A DNA stretch of 64,000 bases from Takakia lepidozioides. Lineage: Eukaryota > Plantae > Bryophyta. The notes under the pieces were generated by a model. The model was not told the origin of the DNA. It saw only the letters and a list, made by a program, of their open reading frames with translations, and made no database searches. Shown piece after piece: positions 36,769 through 50,400 of the stretch. Positions within the stretch are counted from its first letter, which is position 1; every line of letters begins with the position of its first letter. The DNA lies in the NCBI GenBank assembly GCA_030704615.1, contig CM060733.1:21328001-21392000 (forward strand), read 5' to 3'. The translations under genes were made by a program, and so were the position numbers.

Positions 36769-37962
36769 TCATTGAATTGCTATGTGTATATAGTCAGCCC
36801 TCACATTGCTTACTGACTTGTGGCATGGGTTTGTTTGCTGAGACTCCAAAAACTTGGGAATACTGGCAGCTTTCGATGCCTTCCACAACACTTCTGTTAG
36901 ATACTCATCAGTTGGTGAATCTGGTTGCACTTTCCATGGCTCTGGAAAAATCCCACTGAAGGGAGGATTATTTGCCGTCTTTCTTGGTGTGTCGTCAACA
37001 AGAACAGTGTCCTCATAAGTCCATTCTGGCCAGTCTGCCCACACTCTAGACAAGTTCTTGAAATATAATGGCTTTGAATCAGACCCCTTACGGCATGGGA
37101 GGACTGGATCCTCGTCACAGTGAAGGGCATCCCATTGGAAAACAAGCTTAGTGTGGGCTGCAAAAATATAGTCCACCATTGGGAAGAAGTTGCGAGCTTG
37201 GCAACAAGACCACACCGCCACCTCAAAGTGTTCAAAACACTTTTGCAAAAAGTCATAACAGCGTGGTCTCAAAACTACCGTCTTCTTGCCACACATCTTC
37301 CCCACAAAACCTTTGGGAAGGGATGTAGGCCCATTAGCAGAATGAAAAGATTCACATAACAGACCATTTAAGTCCAGAATTAGTAAATGCTTCCTCGCTG
37401 GTCCAAGAAGTAAACTGTCATTTGGCTTCAACATGTGAGCGGGAGAAATTAAAGCAACCTGCTTGTTTGTTTTGTCCCCATCTGCATCTTCCTCCCCATT
37501 TAAACTTCCACATACCTGCATACCAGAATCCGGTGTGCCAGGCGGCTCTGTCACCATTGCCCCCTGGACTGCTACTGCCTTTGTACGTGGCAAGGGCTGA
37601 ATTTCCATGTGTACCTCACAGGTCGCCTTCCCTGTATCCTGCTGCTGCTCGGTCCAATTCAAAAGATCATCAGTGACAGGAAGACATAAGGGCTTAGAGT
37701 GAGCACCAGTTACCGTCTGAAATTGGGATTCCAAACATTTTGATACTGTCACAACAGACGCATCCATCGTAGATGTCACTGGTCCTCGGCCTGGTAGATT
37801 AATCCCCAATCTGGCCACAATGGCTTTCTGGTACTCAATCATGCTCTGCATCTGTAATTTTAAGTCTGCCATGTCACGTCCTTGTGATTCCACCACTTTG
37901 TCCAAACCATCCATCCTGCCAACTACTGTAGAATATGCGAGACTTCCCTCCTGCCAATCCAT
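36769..37962 (-). CDS. Coiled-coil + FCP1/NIF-like HAD-fold domain ORF (397 aa; C-terminus probably truncated near 36840)
   Basis: LLILDLNGLL, VLRP.CYDFL..CFEHFEVAVWS, KPLYFKNLSRVW, TVLVDDTPRK..NNPP..GIFP; motif I is DLNGLL rather than DxDxT. Confidence 0.8.
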   Translation of the reverse strand: MDWQEGSLAYSTVVGRMDGLDKVVESQGRDMADLKLQMQSMIEYQKAIVARLGINLPGRGPVTSTMDASVVTVSKCLESQFQTVTGAHSKPLCLPVTDDLLNWTEQQQDTGKATCEVHMEIQPLPRTKAVAVQGAMVTEPPGTPDSGMQVCGSLNGEEDADGDKTNKQVALISPAHMLKPNDSLLLGPARKHLLILDLNGLLCESFHSANGPTSLPKGFVGKMCGKKTVVLRPRCYDFLQKCFEHFEVAVWSCCQARNFFPMVDYIFAAHTKLVFQWDALHCDEDPVLPCRKGSDSKPLYFKNLSRVWADWPEWTYEDTVLVDDTPRKTANNPPFSGIFPEPWKVQPDSPTDEYLTEVLWKASKAASIPKFLESQQTNPCHKSVSNVRADYIHIAIQ

Positions 37963-40550
37963 GAAAACTTGCCCAAGTATGAATCAAACAAAAAAAACCT
38001 AGCATAAACAACGACTGAAAAGAAAACCCAGGCCAAAAGCCTTGAAAAAAACTCTAGCAACCTATGATGAAGCAACCACTCTAGCAAACGTGGAAAACAC
38101 ACTTACCCGCCTATCACTCCCAGCTGACAACCGCGACACTGAACCCTCTTGAATTTCATATAATGTAGGAGGGCACCCTGACAGGGTCAATGTGATTTTA
38201 TGTTGGCATGAAAAAGATGGCAGTGGTTTTGTGTTGCAGATTGCCTCCCTGAATTGGCAAAACAGAGTGTTGTGAAACCACAAATGTCTTGACTTGCCTC
38301 CCTCATTCTCCCTTCCGACCTTCGCTCGTTGCTAGAAATTATAGAGCTGCCATAGAAATCTGAAAATTAAAGAACGTAATCAAAACTAACTACAGAGTTG
38401 TGGCCAGCGGGGAGTTGAATCCCCCAACCACAGAGGGGCGAGCTAAATTAGTAACCATTAAGTCCATCACGATCTTTCAACACAATCTGGTATGTTAACT
38501 TCGTAATATGATACATGAGCGTAGATTGTGATGGTGTCTCTTCTCCCCAGAGGATCACCTTATCAGATAGCTTTGCAGGACTTAATCTATTTCTCCTGTC
38601 GATATAGAATAAGTCTCGATCTTCTTGCTAGAAACAGGGATGTAGCCACATGTTAGGAAGTGCCCTTTGCTTTGTGGTAAGTTTTGTGGAGCCGCCAAAA
38701 TGTATCATTGGACTCGGGATCCAGGGGCAAATAGCCAACAGATGTACATTGGGAAGATAGTAGTTGGCCAAGGGTGAAATGCCAACAGGAGGTGGGGGAC
38801 CATTGGGCAAAGTCATGTTCTTCATGGAATTGAGACTCACACATGTTCTAATGTAAACCAACCTAACTCGGAGTGGGTGGGTAATATAGAGAAAGAAATG
38901 GGCTGAAAAAGCATCTGGTGGAATGGTAGACAAAGAGTCATGAGGAATGGGATGTTGACCATTGTGAACCTTCACAAGTGAGGATGGGTTTGCTCTGAAG
39001 TGCTTCCAAGAAAGATAATCCCAATCTTTGTGGAAGCATCATAAGATGCAAGGTAACATGAACGGGGTTTTGCTACTTTCAAATTCGGTATGTGCCAAAT
39101 ACTCGTATCTTCACACACTCGGATCGGACCTCCATGTTGGGGAGAATCCACCAATAGAAGCCCATGGGGCTTCATGGGGGAAGGACCACTAAGTTCACCG
39201 GGATACGCAGCACAAGTCTTATAAAATCGGCCCACATGAAGAGCCATGGTTAGGGGATTCGCTAGCCTGGCTGCACATGCCAACAAATGTTGTCAGAAAA
39301 AATGCCACCAGATTTCAGAAACACCAGTAACAAGAAGAAACATAACACGAGTGTTTACCAAAAACTATTTTGTGGAATCAGGAGTATTTCACCGGCTGAT
39401 AACAACTACCATGCATGGACAACTTACAGAATGCACAAGCATACTAAGTTCAAATCTCCAGAAGTTAGCATCATATGAAATTCCTTCTCTCTACCCGAAC
39501 AAGGATGTGCTGACAAAATTAACGCCCACCAGTCCCTATACACAAACCTACGCTCAACATTTATCACGCAAATATAAGGTAACAGACACACAGTGCCTCT
39601 ACGATTTACAACTTCAAAATCAACAAAATGACAACATGACATCCCTCAACAGATGCAACCGCCAAAATTAGGTCCAGAGTAAACACCCATCACAAGATTA
39701 CTTTGCTACCCCCAATTCAAAAACACTTCAAAATGTAATCACCAACTCAAAAGAGACCTCTCATTTCACTCGAGCAATCCCCTGTAATTAAGATCGGTCC
39801 TAAGAGGATGGATGTACTTAAAGCCTACAACCCACCACAACATAGGATATGAGCCCCGACCCAACAAACCCATTGTCCGCGCCAATCGCACTATACACAC
39901 GCCCACATTACACCGACCACTAATCTCCGAACCCAAAATACACCTAGAGGCATTAACCAATACTCGATAAAATATTCGTTTCAAATACATCAGCATAAAG
40001 ATATTCGTTCCCCGCAAAACAAATCTTGTCCATAATAGAGCTTCCAACACTCCCAAAACTCCCCATCGTAACTTACTAAGACAACCAAATACCTATGCTC
40101 CATCTAAACTCAAAATTTTGCACTTCACATTTCTCAAGTTCTCTGAAACTCATGGCTCCCGAAACCCTGATAACACTCCAAAACAGCAAACATCACCCAA
40201 ACCTCGCCATGCCATCATTTCACATCACTGCACCAATCACCAGATAACCCACCTGATTCTAAACCCTAATTTCCCAACCAAGAAAGATAACAACTCCAAT
40301 GCTGCCCAATATCAGATCCGACCCAAAGAACACCAAGCGACACGGAAAAACACCCAAAAACCTAGGAATCTCATCCGTCTCAATGAGAAAGAACAATCAA
40401 TCACATCAAAACCTGTCCAAACATGTGAAACCTGGAAGTTTTGGATTGAGCTTCGGCTCCAAGAAGGCAGATGTTCATGTATGGTGGAACGAAGACAGAA
40501 AACATGGAAACATGGAAAGGGGTCAAAGCACACTAATAGGACCCAAAAAA

Positions 40551-42373
40551 GAACTCCATGTCATTCCTAGCCTATGTGATATAGATAGACCCCGCCCAGT
40601 CATTTAAATTTGGATTTCACTGCTTCTATGTATGGATAAACATTTTATTTTTATTTTTATTTTTTTGGGATTTAGGTGGGTGGGCATTGCTTTGTGGAAG
40701 CTACTGGAAGAGGCGATTTTCTTCCGTAATTGACATGTTTTCTCAATGCCAATACATTCAATATATCTTGCCAATTTTTTTTTTTTGGCCATATATGATA
40801 TTATGTAGATCAGATAACTGTAATGTAGGCTATTAATCTATCTATTGCTTTGCATGTGATGTTAATAAGCTAGAATAAGCAGAAATGGTCTCAAAAAAGA
40901 AAGAAGTGCTATGAAATACAAAATATGAGGTGTATTTCTTCCCATAATATCTAAAGCGTATTTTGAGTCAGTGATAATCAATTAACTTATATCCCCTCCC
41001 AGAAACTGGTAGTAACCAGATTGTTGCATGATGGCCCTCACAATATCTTCTGTTGTTGCTGTCAACATTACTATGGTCACAATTAATTAATTAATTAATT
41101 ATATTTTCAGTCCTCAAAATGTAACTTTCAATGTACTTAAAACCATGTATGCAAAATGAACACTAGAGTACAAATGAGTTGAAAGCACACAATATTTTCA
41201 AGTGGTCATTTGCAATATCTTTGTTCGTGATGTTGATTGTTTATATGAGTACATAAATATATTAGCTATACATGTATACACCGTCTACAAATCTGACAAC
41301 CTATGCTAATATGAGGTTATATATAAGGTCTTCTTGGTTATATGATATACTTATAAATGACCTACATAATATTGGGGGGTAAATGTACATTGTGAAAATA
41401 AAAATTGAGTTGTTAAGTCTTGTATGTATTTATAAATGATGCTATATAGTATTTTATATTTGATCTGTCACATATATTGATTTTTAACTGAAAATATTGT
41501 ATTGCATATCTAATAATACAAAACATTCCATTTACGAATATGACATTTTTAACATTTCATAAGTGGCATGTTATCGTTTGAACTTTCAAATACGTTTGTA
41601 TATTATTTATTGAAGTACAAAAATGTAAGCATTATATATCTATACATCATCTATAAATCGATTGTCGTACATCATATGCATTGAAGAATCAGTCTTTTTT
41701 TTAAGAAATTTAGAAAATAACACGAGTGGCTATAGAGCTTTGCAAAATAATAGTGGTACATTTTCATCCATCTATATTCTTTAATCCATTTATATCATCA
41801 ATATTTGGCGAATTCATCCATAATTTATTTTTTATCTGGAGAAATTTTGGCGATTTCATCCATGAAAAAACAAGCAATTTGCGACAGAATATTCCATTTT
41901 ACTTTTTGAGAACGAAATCTAGCGAAAATTCGCCACTAAAAACAGTGCTGGTAGCATGAAATCTTATCTGCATTTTAAACTAAAATTATTCATTGTCTTA
42001 AATTTGATCTCTCACATCCATGTGTTTTTTTAATTAAAAATAATTTATTACACGATAATAAAAATAATCTATTTATGAGACTCTGTCCTACATAAATGAT
42101 CAATATAATAATAGAAGGTACATGTAAGAATGAACACTGAATTGTGATATGTTATGCACATAAACATCGTGCCTCAATATACATTGCTGTCTATGTCACA
42201 CATTCGAAGCACACAATCCTAGAAAGCTATGCCACAATCGATAATGAAAGTGAACACACCCACCTAAATCCCAGAAAAAAATGTTTATCCATACATGGAA
42301 GCAGCAAAACCCAAATTTAAATGAGTGGGCGGGGTCTATTTATATCACATTGGCTAGGAATGACATGGAGTTC
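40551..42373. mobile_element. AT-rich non-autonomous TIR element (~130-bp TIRs, G...C ends)
   Basis: gaactccatgtcattcctagcc.atgtgatata.atagaccccgccca...ggatttaggtgggtg at 40551-40683, inverted at 42255-42373; no clean TSD. Confidence 0.8.
41690..41947. mobile_element. Second copy of the 14044-14323 MITE, nested
   Basis: Reverse-complement similarity (ggcgaattcatcca, aattttggcgatttcat, agaatatt). Confidence 0.7.
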
Positions 42374-42588
42374 ATTTAAAAAAAACCTTATGATCTTCCT
42401 CAATTAAATGTTGCCTTATGGTCTAACGAGGTTAACTTTTTCTTCGATCTACTTACTTCGAGTAACTAAACCTTTGTCCCCTTTGTTTAACATTGATAAC
42501 AATAAATTAAATATTACAAAATTTTATCATTAATATTTAGAAGATATTAAACACACAAATATACTACAATTTTTTGTAACATATATAC

Positions 42589-43317
42589 CAGTGTTGGATT
42601 AGTATATAGGTGAAGGACTGGTACATATGCATTGGTATTAGATACTAGAGCAGTTTGGTGTCATTTGGGAGAATACTTGGTCATATACTAGACGAGGCTG
42701 GTATTAGTTTTTTCGTATCAGCCACAATACCAGTACTTCCCCACCGTCTTCCTCATTGACTATGTTATGTATAGTATATTAATTTATGTGTGCATATGGA
42801 TATATGTTTGTAATTAAGTATATATATTTTATGTATATTTTATTTATTTTCACTTAATATATATAGGCGTGATACATAGTCGTGACTCTGCATATGACTC
42901 CATTGAAGACACGTGAGTGCCACGGTGGCAGTCGCGATAGTGACTGCCATATACGACTGGATGGCATATATGACCCCCTGTTCGAGGTGACATGGTTTTA
43001 TTGACTTCAAAGTCATGCAGTCATATTTGACAGATATGATTGAAAATGCAATCAAAGACAAATAGTGGTAAAAGCCAGGTTCTGTTGTAGCGATACTTGC
43101 TGTTTGATAGATTTATAATTCAAAATGGCTTTGGAATGATACAAGAGTTGATATCTCATACCAACTGGTATTGTGGTCATGATACTCATATTCATATCAG
43201 TACCTGGAAAAAAATACATCCACCATTATATAGACTAGACTGGTATGAAAGTTTTATGATACATCTGGTACCGGGTTTAGACTTGTATGTAAAAAACTTG
43301 ATACCAGTCCAACAGTG
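42589..43317. mobile_element. hAT-family MITE
   Basis: TIR CAGTGTTGGA / TCCAACAGTG (1 mismatch); perfect 8-bp TSD ATATATAC; ACTGGTA/TACCAGT subterminal repeats. Confidence 0.88.
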
Positions 43318-45407
43318 ATATATACCTATGGAGATTAACAAGAATAAATTTGTTTATTTGAAAAATACCTCATATGATTGTATAATTTATTAAAAAAATT
43401 GCATATATAATAATGTCCTACAACCAATAAGACCTTAGATATAAATGATCATAGTTAGTCTCTCATATACATACATGCGTAGTTGTTACTATTTCTTAGA
43501 GACTCCTCTCCAAGGAAACATAAATCATAGTGTTTCATCATCATCCGGAAGGACTATTGCTTTCCATTGGAAGGTGGATCCTTTGAACTCTACATCACAT
43601 AGATTATGCAAATATAAGGCATATTCACCCAACCTTGATGCGCTATCTGCTATATATCTTATAATATGAGCATATAAATTAAACTTCTTTATGGAACAAA
43701 ATAGTATTGAACTCTAGTATACGACCATGTATAACCTAACCGTAAATAAAACATGCATGTTCTACTTCTTTTCATACCATTGCTCATGATACTGAAGCTC
43801 CCCAAATTTGAAATAAATCCAAATAGCAACATCTAAGAACCAATGGATCCCAACAAATTATTTGAATTTTCAATATAGAACATTGTCAGTTAGCTACATT
43901 ATAGTACGTCATTGCATACAGCCCACCCCCAAAAGAGCAGAGTACCCATATAGGGAAGAGGATCCGATCAGAGCTACATCTTGATTAAATAAAAATAAAA
44001 ATAAGATATACAATGACAAGGCTTTGAAGACATTATACTTCAATGATTAACTATATCTTTAACTATTTGGGGCTTGCCCCGGAAATTACTCTTAGGGATC
44101 ACACATTCCTTGTTTAGCTTTGCTATTCGTTATTGTCCTTCGAGGTATCCGTCATGCTAGACATGTCTTTGGGCCTTATGGCGGCCACGTGGCAACAAGG
44201 GTTTTAATTATTTTTTTCCCTTGAATAATCCTAATAAAATTCTATCAAAAGGCCACTGTCCCTTGTTCCCAAAAAAATAAAAAAAATAAAAAATAAAAAA
44301 TAAAAATAAATTGGAGAAAAAAAACCCAAAACAAAAATAAAACTTTCAATTTGTTCGGGGTATATATGCCATACAATGTATATAATAACAAACTTTTGAG
44401 ATGCGAATGAAACAAGCGAGCGTCACATATTCGATATTTAGTTTTGGACACTCATGCGTAGTATCATCCTTAGAATAAAGGGAGGCCAATAAAAATAATG
44501 TAACATTTATTCCAATGCCTCAAATCAATTAATTGAGGAAAAACAGTTCCTGACAAAACTCGATCCGCCAGTCTTACACAAACATTGTGACGGACGCATA
44601 ACAGAATATGGGATGCTTTGGTGGGTGCCTAAGAGTGCCTTCACTCCAACATATTCATGCTGTTATCTCAATTGAGCGATCACTTTCTTCAAACTCCTGC
44701 GGAGTGGAAGAAGTAAAATTACTTGCGTTTACGAATGCTCCTAGAAGATAGAAATAAAAAATAATCTTGTGTTTAAGACCCCATGACTAATCATGTTTTC
44801 AATCATTTCCACTTCACATCCTTTCTCCGCTTTCATATTTATGTACACTGCCGAGTGCAGACATTCCAACAATTCAATGCTTAAATAGATCAAACAAGAC
44901 AAAGATACTCAACTAACTCATTTTGGAAAAAAAAAAAACAAAAACTTGTTGATTATGTAGTATATGTCAAAGTTAACCGATAGCCTCACATACCCCCATT
45001 CAAATCCGAAAAAGAAGCAGATAGGTTAAAAACTCAAATCAATACAAACAAATTTTTGAAAATATCTCGGGTACCAAAAAGTCATATACCAAAAAGTCTT
45101 TTCGTTTGTAAGCAACCGGGATTGTGCTTCGATGTGCCGCGAAGGATAAAGGAGTGGCCCCCCGTCATCTATATCGAACCCTAGGGATTGCTTGGACAAA
45201 AGAACCATTCAAGTGTACACACAGATATGTGAAGCTAGGTTGAAAATAACACTTGCTACTCCCCCACTACTCCTCATGACTCGATGTGTTCTTACTCGGA
45301 CTCTTCAATTAAAGATGATTTTAGTACACTTCCAAGAATATATTGTTGTTCGTCATCATGATCATCAGGTCATAGGGTTAAAGGCACGAAGCACTTCATC
45401 CTAATGA

Positions 45408-45969
45408 TCATTCACTTATTCTTCTAATTGGGTGAAGAAATCCCTGGAGGTGTGAAACAACAGCCACCGGTGTGGTTGCTGCCCTTGTGCCTCTAGTGCC
45501 TCTAGTGATGGAGACATAGTCGGGTGACCAGTACATCCTCCATTCCTCGATCTCAACATCGTGCCCCCGCCTAAACTCATGGTAATCGTCCATGGGCGGC
45601 CTCTCAAGGTGTTGAAACAACCCATTCCATGCCATGAAAGGCGTAAACAGTTGTGGATTGCGCATTTGCTGCAAAGTCACACCAACTATCAAACTCTTGG
45701 ATAAAATCATCCAACTCAATGGTGCCCACCGCCCCAGAGTACCTTCGTGGCCCCTTGGTGGCTCCATACATCTCCTCCATCGTGTCCCACAACAATGGCA
45801 AGGAAACAACTTGCACCGCCGGTGTGAGTCTTCCTGATTCACAATCCGAATCAGAACCTTCCGTAGAAGACACAGGAGATGAAGGTGGCCTAAACCGCAC
45901 ACCTCGTCTCGTATACCCGCTAGTATCGCTAGTACTCGTACCGACACTTTCCCCAGCAACTAGTGGCAC
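45408..45969 (-). mobile_element. Retrotransposon gag N-terminal fragment
   Basis: PRRYSG.....ELDDFIQEFDSWCD-QQMRNPQLFTPFMAW.GLFQHLE..PMDDY (frameshifted). Confidence 0.55.
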
Positions 45970-46726
45970 CTCCGTGTTGACAAACTGACACTCAACCGGT
46001 CATGAACATGTCTCTAACCCCCTCTCCACAAGGTAACCGGGTAGAGAACCTGATGCGGCTTATGGTTTGGAATACTAGGTTCCTAACATAGCCTGCACCT
46101 GCACCTGCATCCACCGCATGCACTCCTATGGTTGGCTGGTCATCACCTCCAACCTCACCACAGGAGAAACAAAGATGGTCTGACTGGTCATCAACCCAGC
46201 CTCACCATCAACAGCATGCTCTAGGGTAGGATCGGCGATAAAGCCCGAGTCCACCACCTATAAAATCAAGCGCCCACATAAAACTAGCATGGCGCACAAT
46301 CAAGCATGCAGGTGTGGAGGGTCCTGTAGACACTCCTCAAACCGCCTTCCACGAGCTCATGAAACTTGGCCTCCAAGGCCCCATGCAAGCCTCCACAGGG
46401 TCCGCCAGTGCCTCCTTACGTCCACCAGCCATTCCTCCGAATGGAACCACCTCAGGAAACCACACCATTCGCCGAAGGTTAAAAAATGGAGCAAATAGAG
46501 GTACATATAGGTCCCAACAACATTCTGTCCAAAGGAATTACCTGCAGGCTGGTCTTCCCCATAGTTAAGAATTGGGCTGAAAACCCGAAAAGATTATTTG
46601 CAGGGAAGTAATCCCCTTTGTGAAAACGCAACAGGGAGGCAATTCCGACTTTTTTTGCCGGATCAGCTAGCTCAAAACCGTTGTTCTTCAGAGCCCAGCC
46701 TCCCCATCAAGGTCCCACAAAACGAG

Positions 46727-46729
<3 letters not shown>

Positions 46730-46760
<31 letters not shown>
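46730..46760. repeat. (TA)n microsatellite
   Basis: ~15 TA units. Confidence 0.95.
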
Positions 46761-46763
<3 letters not shown>

Positions 46764-47462
46764 TCTAACTGTTCGCGGCCTTCCGTGGCTCCAACCACCA
46801 CGACTCCTCACGGCCTGCCCTAGGCACTCGTTGGCCACGGGCTGCCCATTGATACCCCGTGGTACCACTCCCACGAGCCTTCACGGCCCGCCAGCCCCAC
46901 GATCTGGTCACCGTGCCCACCCGTTGTATCCGCACCACGACTTCCAACGGTCACGATCAACCATCACGACCTGGGCTCGTGGTATCTTGTGATATCGCCC
47001 CAACGGCCCATCACAACCACTATTCCCTGCGATCCCTGGAACTCCCAACGAGTTCCCATGCGTTCCCGAGGCGTTTCCGGCGTTCCCACGTGTTCCCGAG
47101 CTGGGGTTTGCTCTTGCACCTGTTGCCGACGAGCTATGGCTTTTGCGGAGCCATCAACCCTGTCGCCCTGCACTCCTGAGCTCTCACGGCCCACATTGGA
47201 GTTAGTTTAGGGTTGGAGCCTCTTCATGAGCTTGGAGCTGAAGCTCCCAACGGGCTGCAATGCATCTCCTCGCACCACCACCATTCGGTTGCTCCTCATC
47301 TACCCGCAACAACTGATTTCGGGCAGAAATACTTGGAGCTGATCATGTCATCTCCAACCTGCAACATGTTAGTTTCCATGCGCAGCCCACATTTCTGCAG
47401 CTCCTTAACTCGGCCTGCAGCTAAAGAAGACGACCACCAGTTCGCCCACTCGTGGCCAACAT

Positions 47463-50400
47463 TGTCGCGGCCCTTTGCCTTGAGGGCGGGGGGGTCGGGA
47501 CACATGAGGGGCTGCCCCTGTGGTGGGGGCAGCGGCAGCGATAGGTATGGGGGGGGGGGGCTGAAGCACCCTTGAGTGTCCAAGGCACTCATCACGGCCC
47601 AATGGGGTCGTGGTGAGAGGGCCAAGACTCACCGCGACTCACCACCGGGAGTCGAGGGTCTTCGTGGTGGTTCGCCATAAAATGGCATGGCTGGTTGTGA
47701 AACCCCCGTGGACAGCTACAGAAGTATATATAGGGAGTAGTAACCCCGAGAACGGTGCAAGCCCGTTGGTGTCCAAAAACTAGTGAGTAAGCAAGCGAGC
47801 CGGAAAGCGACCAAAGAGTGGGGAGCTGTTCCGGACTGCCATCTACCAAAGGGAATTCCACTAGGGCCAAATAGGTGGAGGGTCTTTCGGGAGAGCGAAG
47901 GGGGACCGTTATGTCCCGGTGAGCAGCCGAAGCTCCGAGTTGGCCCGGCGGCCAGGTTGGGAGTCAGGCGCGCGCATCAAAGCGAGTAACTATGACTTGA
48001 AGGGGAGCTTACCGAAGTGAGGTGCATGACACTTGGTATCAGAGCTTAGAGTTCAGTATGCGATCGTCCTTGGGATTGGCCTCATCATGGGGTCGGGCAA
48101 GCCAAAGCGAAAGCGGAACGGCCCAAAAGATGATGATCCTGGTGAGCCCGATGGGGGCGACGTGTCACCGAGGCGGCCGTTTGAGGAAGCGATGAATGTT
48201 TTCGAAAATGAGGCCGCTCAGGAGCGGGAGGAATCCGAGGAGTCGGAGCCCGAGGAATCCTTGAGAGCTCCGACAAACCTAGAGATGCCTCCCATGTCGG
48301 CAGCCTTTTAGGAAGGGTTGTTGGCGCAGTTTGGCGGGACGTTGAAAGACGTGTTGAAGGCGGCTAATGCCACTTCCACTAAGGCAAAGTTTAAGGTGAA
48401 GCCTAAGGAACCCGGCACCTTCGAGGGCGTTCGAAACCGGAAGGCACTCAACACCTGGCTCCTGGAGCTAGAGCAGTACTTCCGGGCGGCCAAGTTGAGT
48501 GACGAGGATCGGGTGGAATGGCTCCCACCTATTTGAGGGGCTATGCTCAACAATGGTGGCAGAAACGCCTTCACGACCGAGGCCCAAGCCCGGAAACCTT
48601 GAACTGGAGTGGATTCAAGGAATTGATGAAGAGACAGTTTGTGCCCCTCAACGCATCCTAGCTTGCCCGGGACAAGATGAGGAATTTGAAGCAAACAGAT
48701 GACATTCGGGGGTATGTCCAGGCTTTCAATGTGCTGTTGCTCGAAGTCGCGGACATGGCAGAACCAGAAATGGTCTTCAACTTTGTGGCGGGACTGGCCC
48801 CATGGGCTAGGCGGAAGTTGGAGGAGAAGCCACCCAAGACTTTGAACGAGGCAATTGAGAGGGCTGAATGTTTCTCGGATGTCAATTGCGGGGAGCCCGG
48901 GCACATGGCCAAGAAGTGCACAAAACCTCGACAATTGAACATGACTCGGGCAACCACGGAGATGTCGGAAGATACAATCAGTCGCGTGGTGGAAGCGGTG
49001 GTCGCCAGGACTTGCAAGGTAGGCAACTATTCTTGTGAGTTGTATCAGGAAACTGGCGCCCTGCGTAAAGGGAGCCAGTTATTGTTCGTGGATGGGATAA
49101 TATCCGGAACTAACGTGTCGTTGTTGGTGGACACAGGAGCGTCGCACTCCTTCATGACGCCGGCGGCGGCGCGAAAGTTGGGACTCCGACAAGTGACGTG
49201 GGGGCCTCTATTGAGGTGCGCTCTGCCAAAGGAGAACCTCAGTTGGCGACAAGGTTGGCGTTTGATGTTCCTCTTCAACTGGGGAGTTGGGAGGGACGTG
49301 AGAACTTCACTATCTGCGAGATCGATGGAGTGGATCTTATTTTGGGGATGACCTTTTTGAGCAAATCCAGAGCGGTCATAGATGGCCGCAAGAGAGTAGT
49401 CACGCTGCCATGTGGGAATGGTGGCGAGGTTTTACGAGTGTCGGAAACGCCCAAATCCGTGGGAGGGCGAATAAACCTTCTGTCAGCAAAGGAGTGGGCC
49501 GTGGAGGAGGCACACGAGTCCCAGTTTTTGCTTTACATTAGAGAAGTGAAAGGAGAAGGCGATGGGGAGCCGAGCCCAGATTGGATCAAGGGGATTTTGG
49601 AGAAATACCAGGATGTGATGCCGGAGGATTTACCAAGCGGCTTGCTACCGCGAAGAGGAGTTGACCACAAGATTGAGGTGATACCGGGATCGGAACCGCC
49701 TGCCAAGGCGCCCTACCAGTTGAGCCACAGAGAGTTGGTCGAGCTGAAGACTCAGCTCAAGGATCTAATGTCAAAGGGGTACATCCGGCCGAGTAAGTCA
49801 CCTTACGGAGCCCCGGTGCTATTCGCAGACAAGAAGGATGGGACGCTACGGATGTGTGTCGATTACAGGGCTTTGAATAAGGTGACTATCAAAAACCGGT
49901 ACCCTTTGCCAAGGATCGACGACCTTTTCGATCGGTTGGCAGGAGCGAAGTATTTCAGCCGGATCGACTTGCGCTCCGGCTATCATCAAATTCGGGTGGC
50001 GGAAGGAGATGAGGAGAAGACCGCGTGCAGGACAAGGTATGGTTCATATGAGTTCTTGGTGATGCCTTTTGGGCTCACCAATGCACCAGCGACATTTAGC
50101 ACGCTGATGAACAGCCTTTTCCAGGAGTGGTTGGATGACTTGTGATCGTGTACATCGACGACATCTTGGTGTACTCGAAAACAAAGGAGGAGCACCTGGA
50201 GCACCTCAAAAGGGTGTTCCAAAAATTGCGAGAAGGGAAGCTGTATGCCAAAGCTTCAAAGTGCGAATTCGGGGTCACAAAAGTGGAGTTCCTGGGGCAT
50301 GTGATTACACAGGATGGGATCAAAATGGATGACAGAAAGGTGAGGGCGATCTTGGACTGGGAGCCTCCGACTTCGGTCCCGGGAGTGCGATCCTTCCTAG

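Noticed and set aside
38400-38475. tRNA-like T-arm on minus strand (GGGGGATTCAACTCCCC)
   Set aside because: No complete cloverleaf; at most a decayed tRNA or SINE head.
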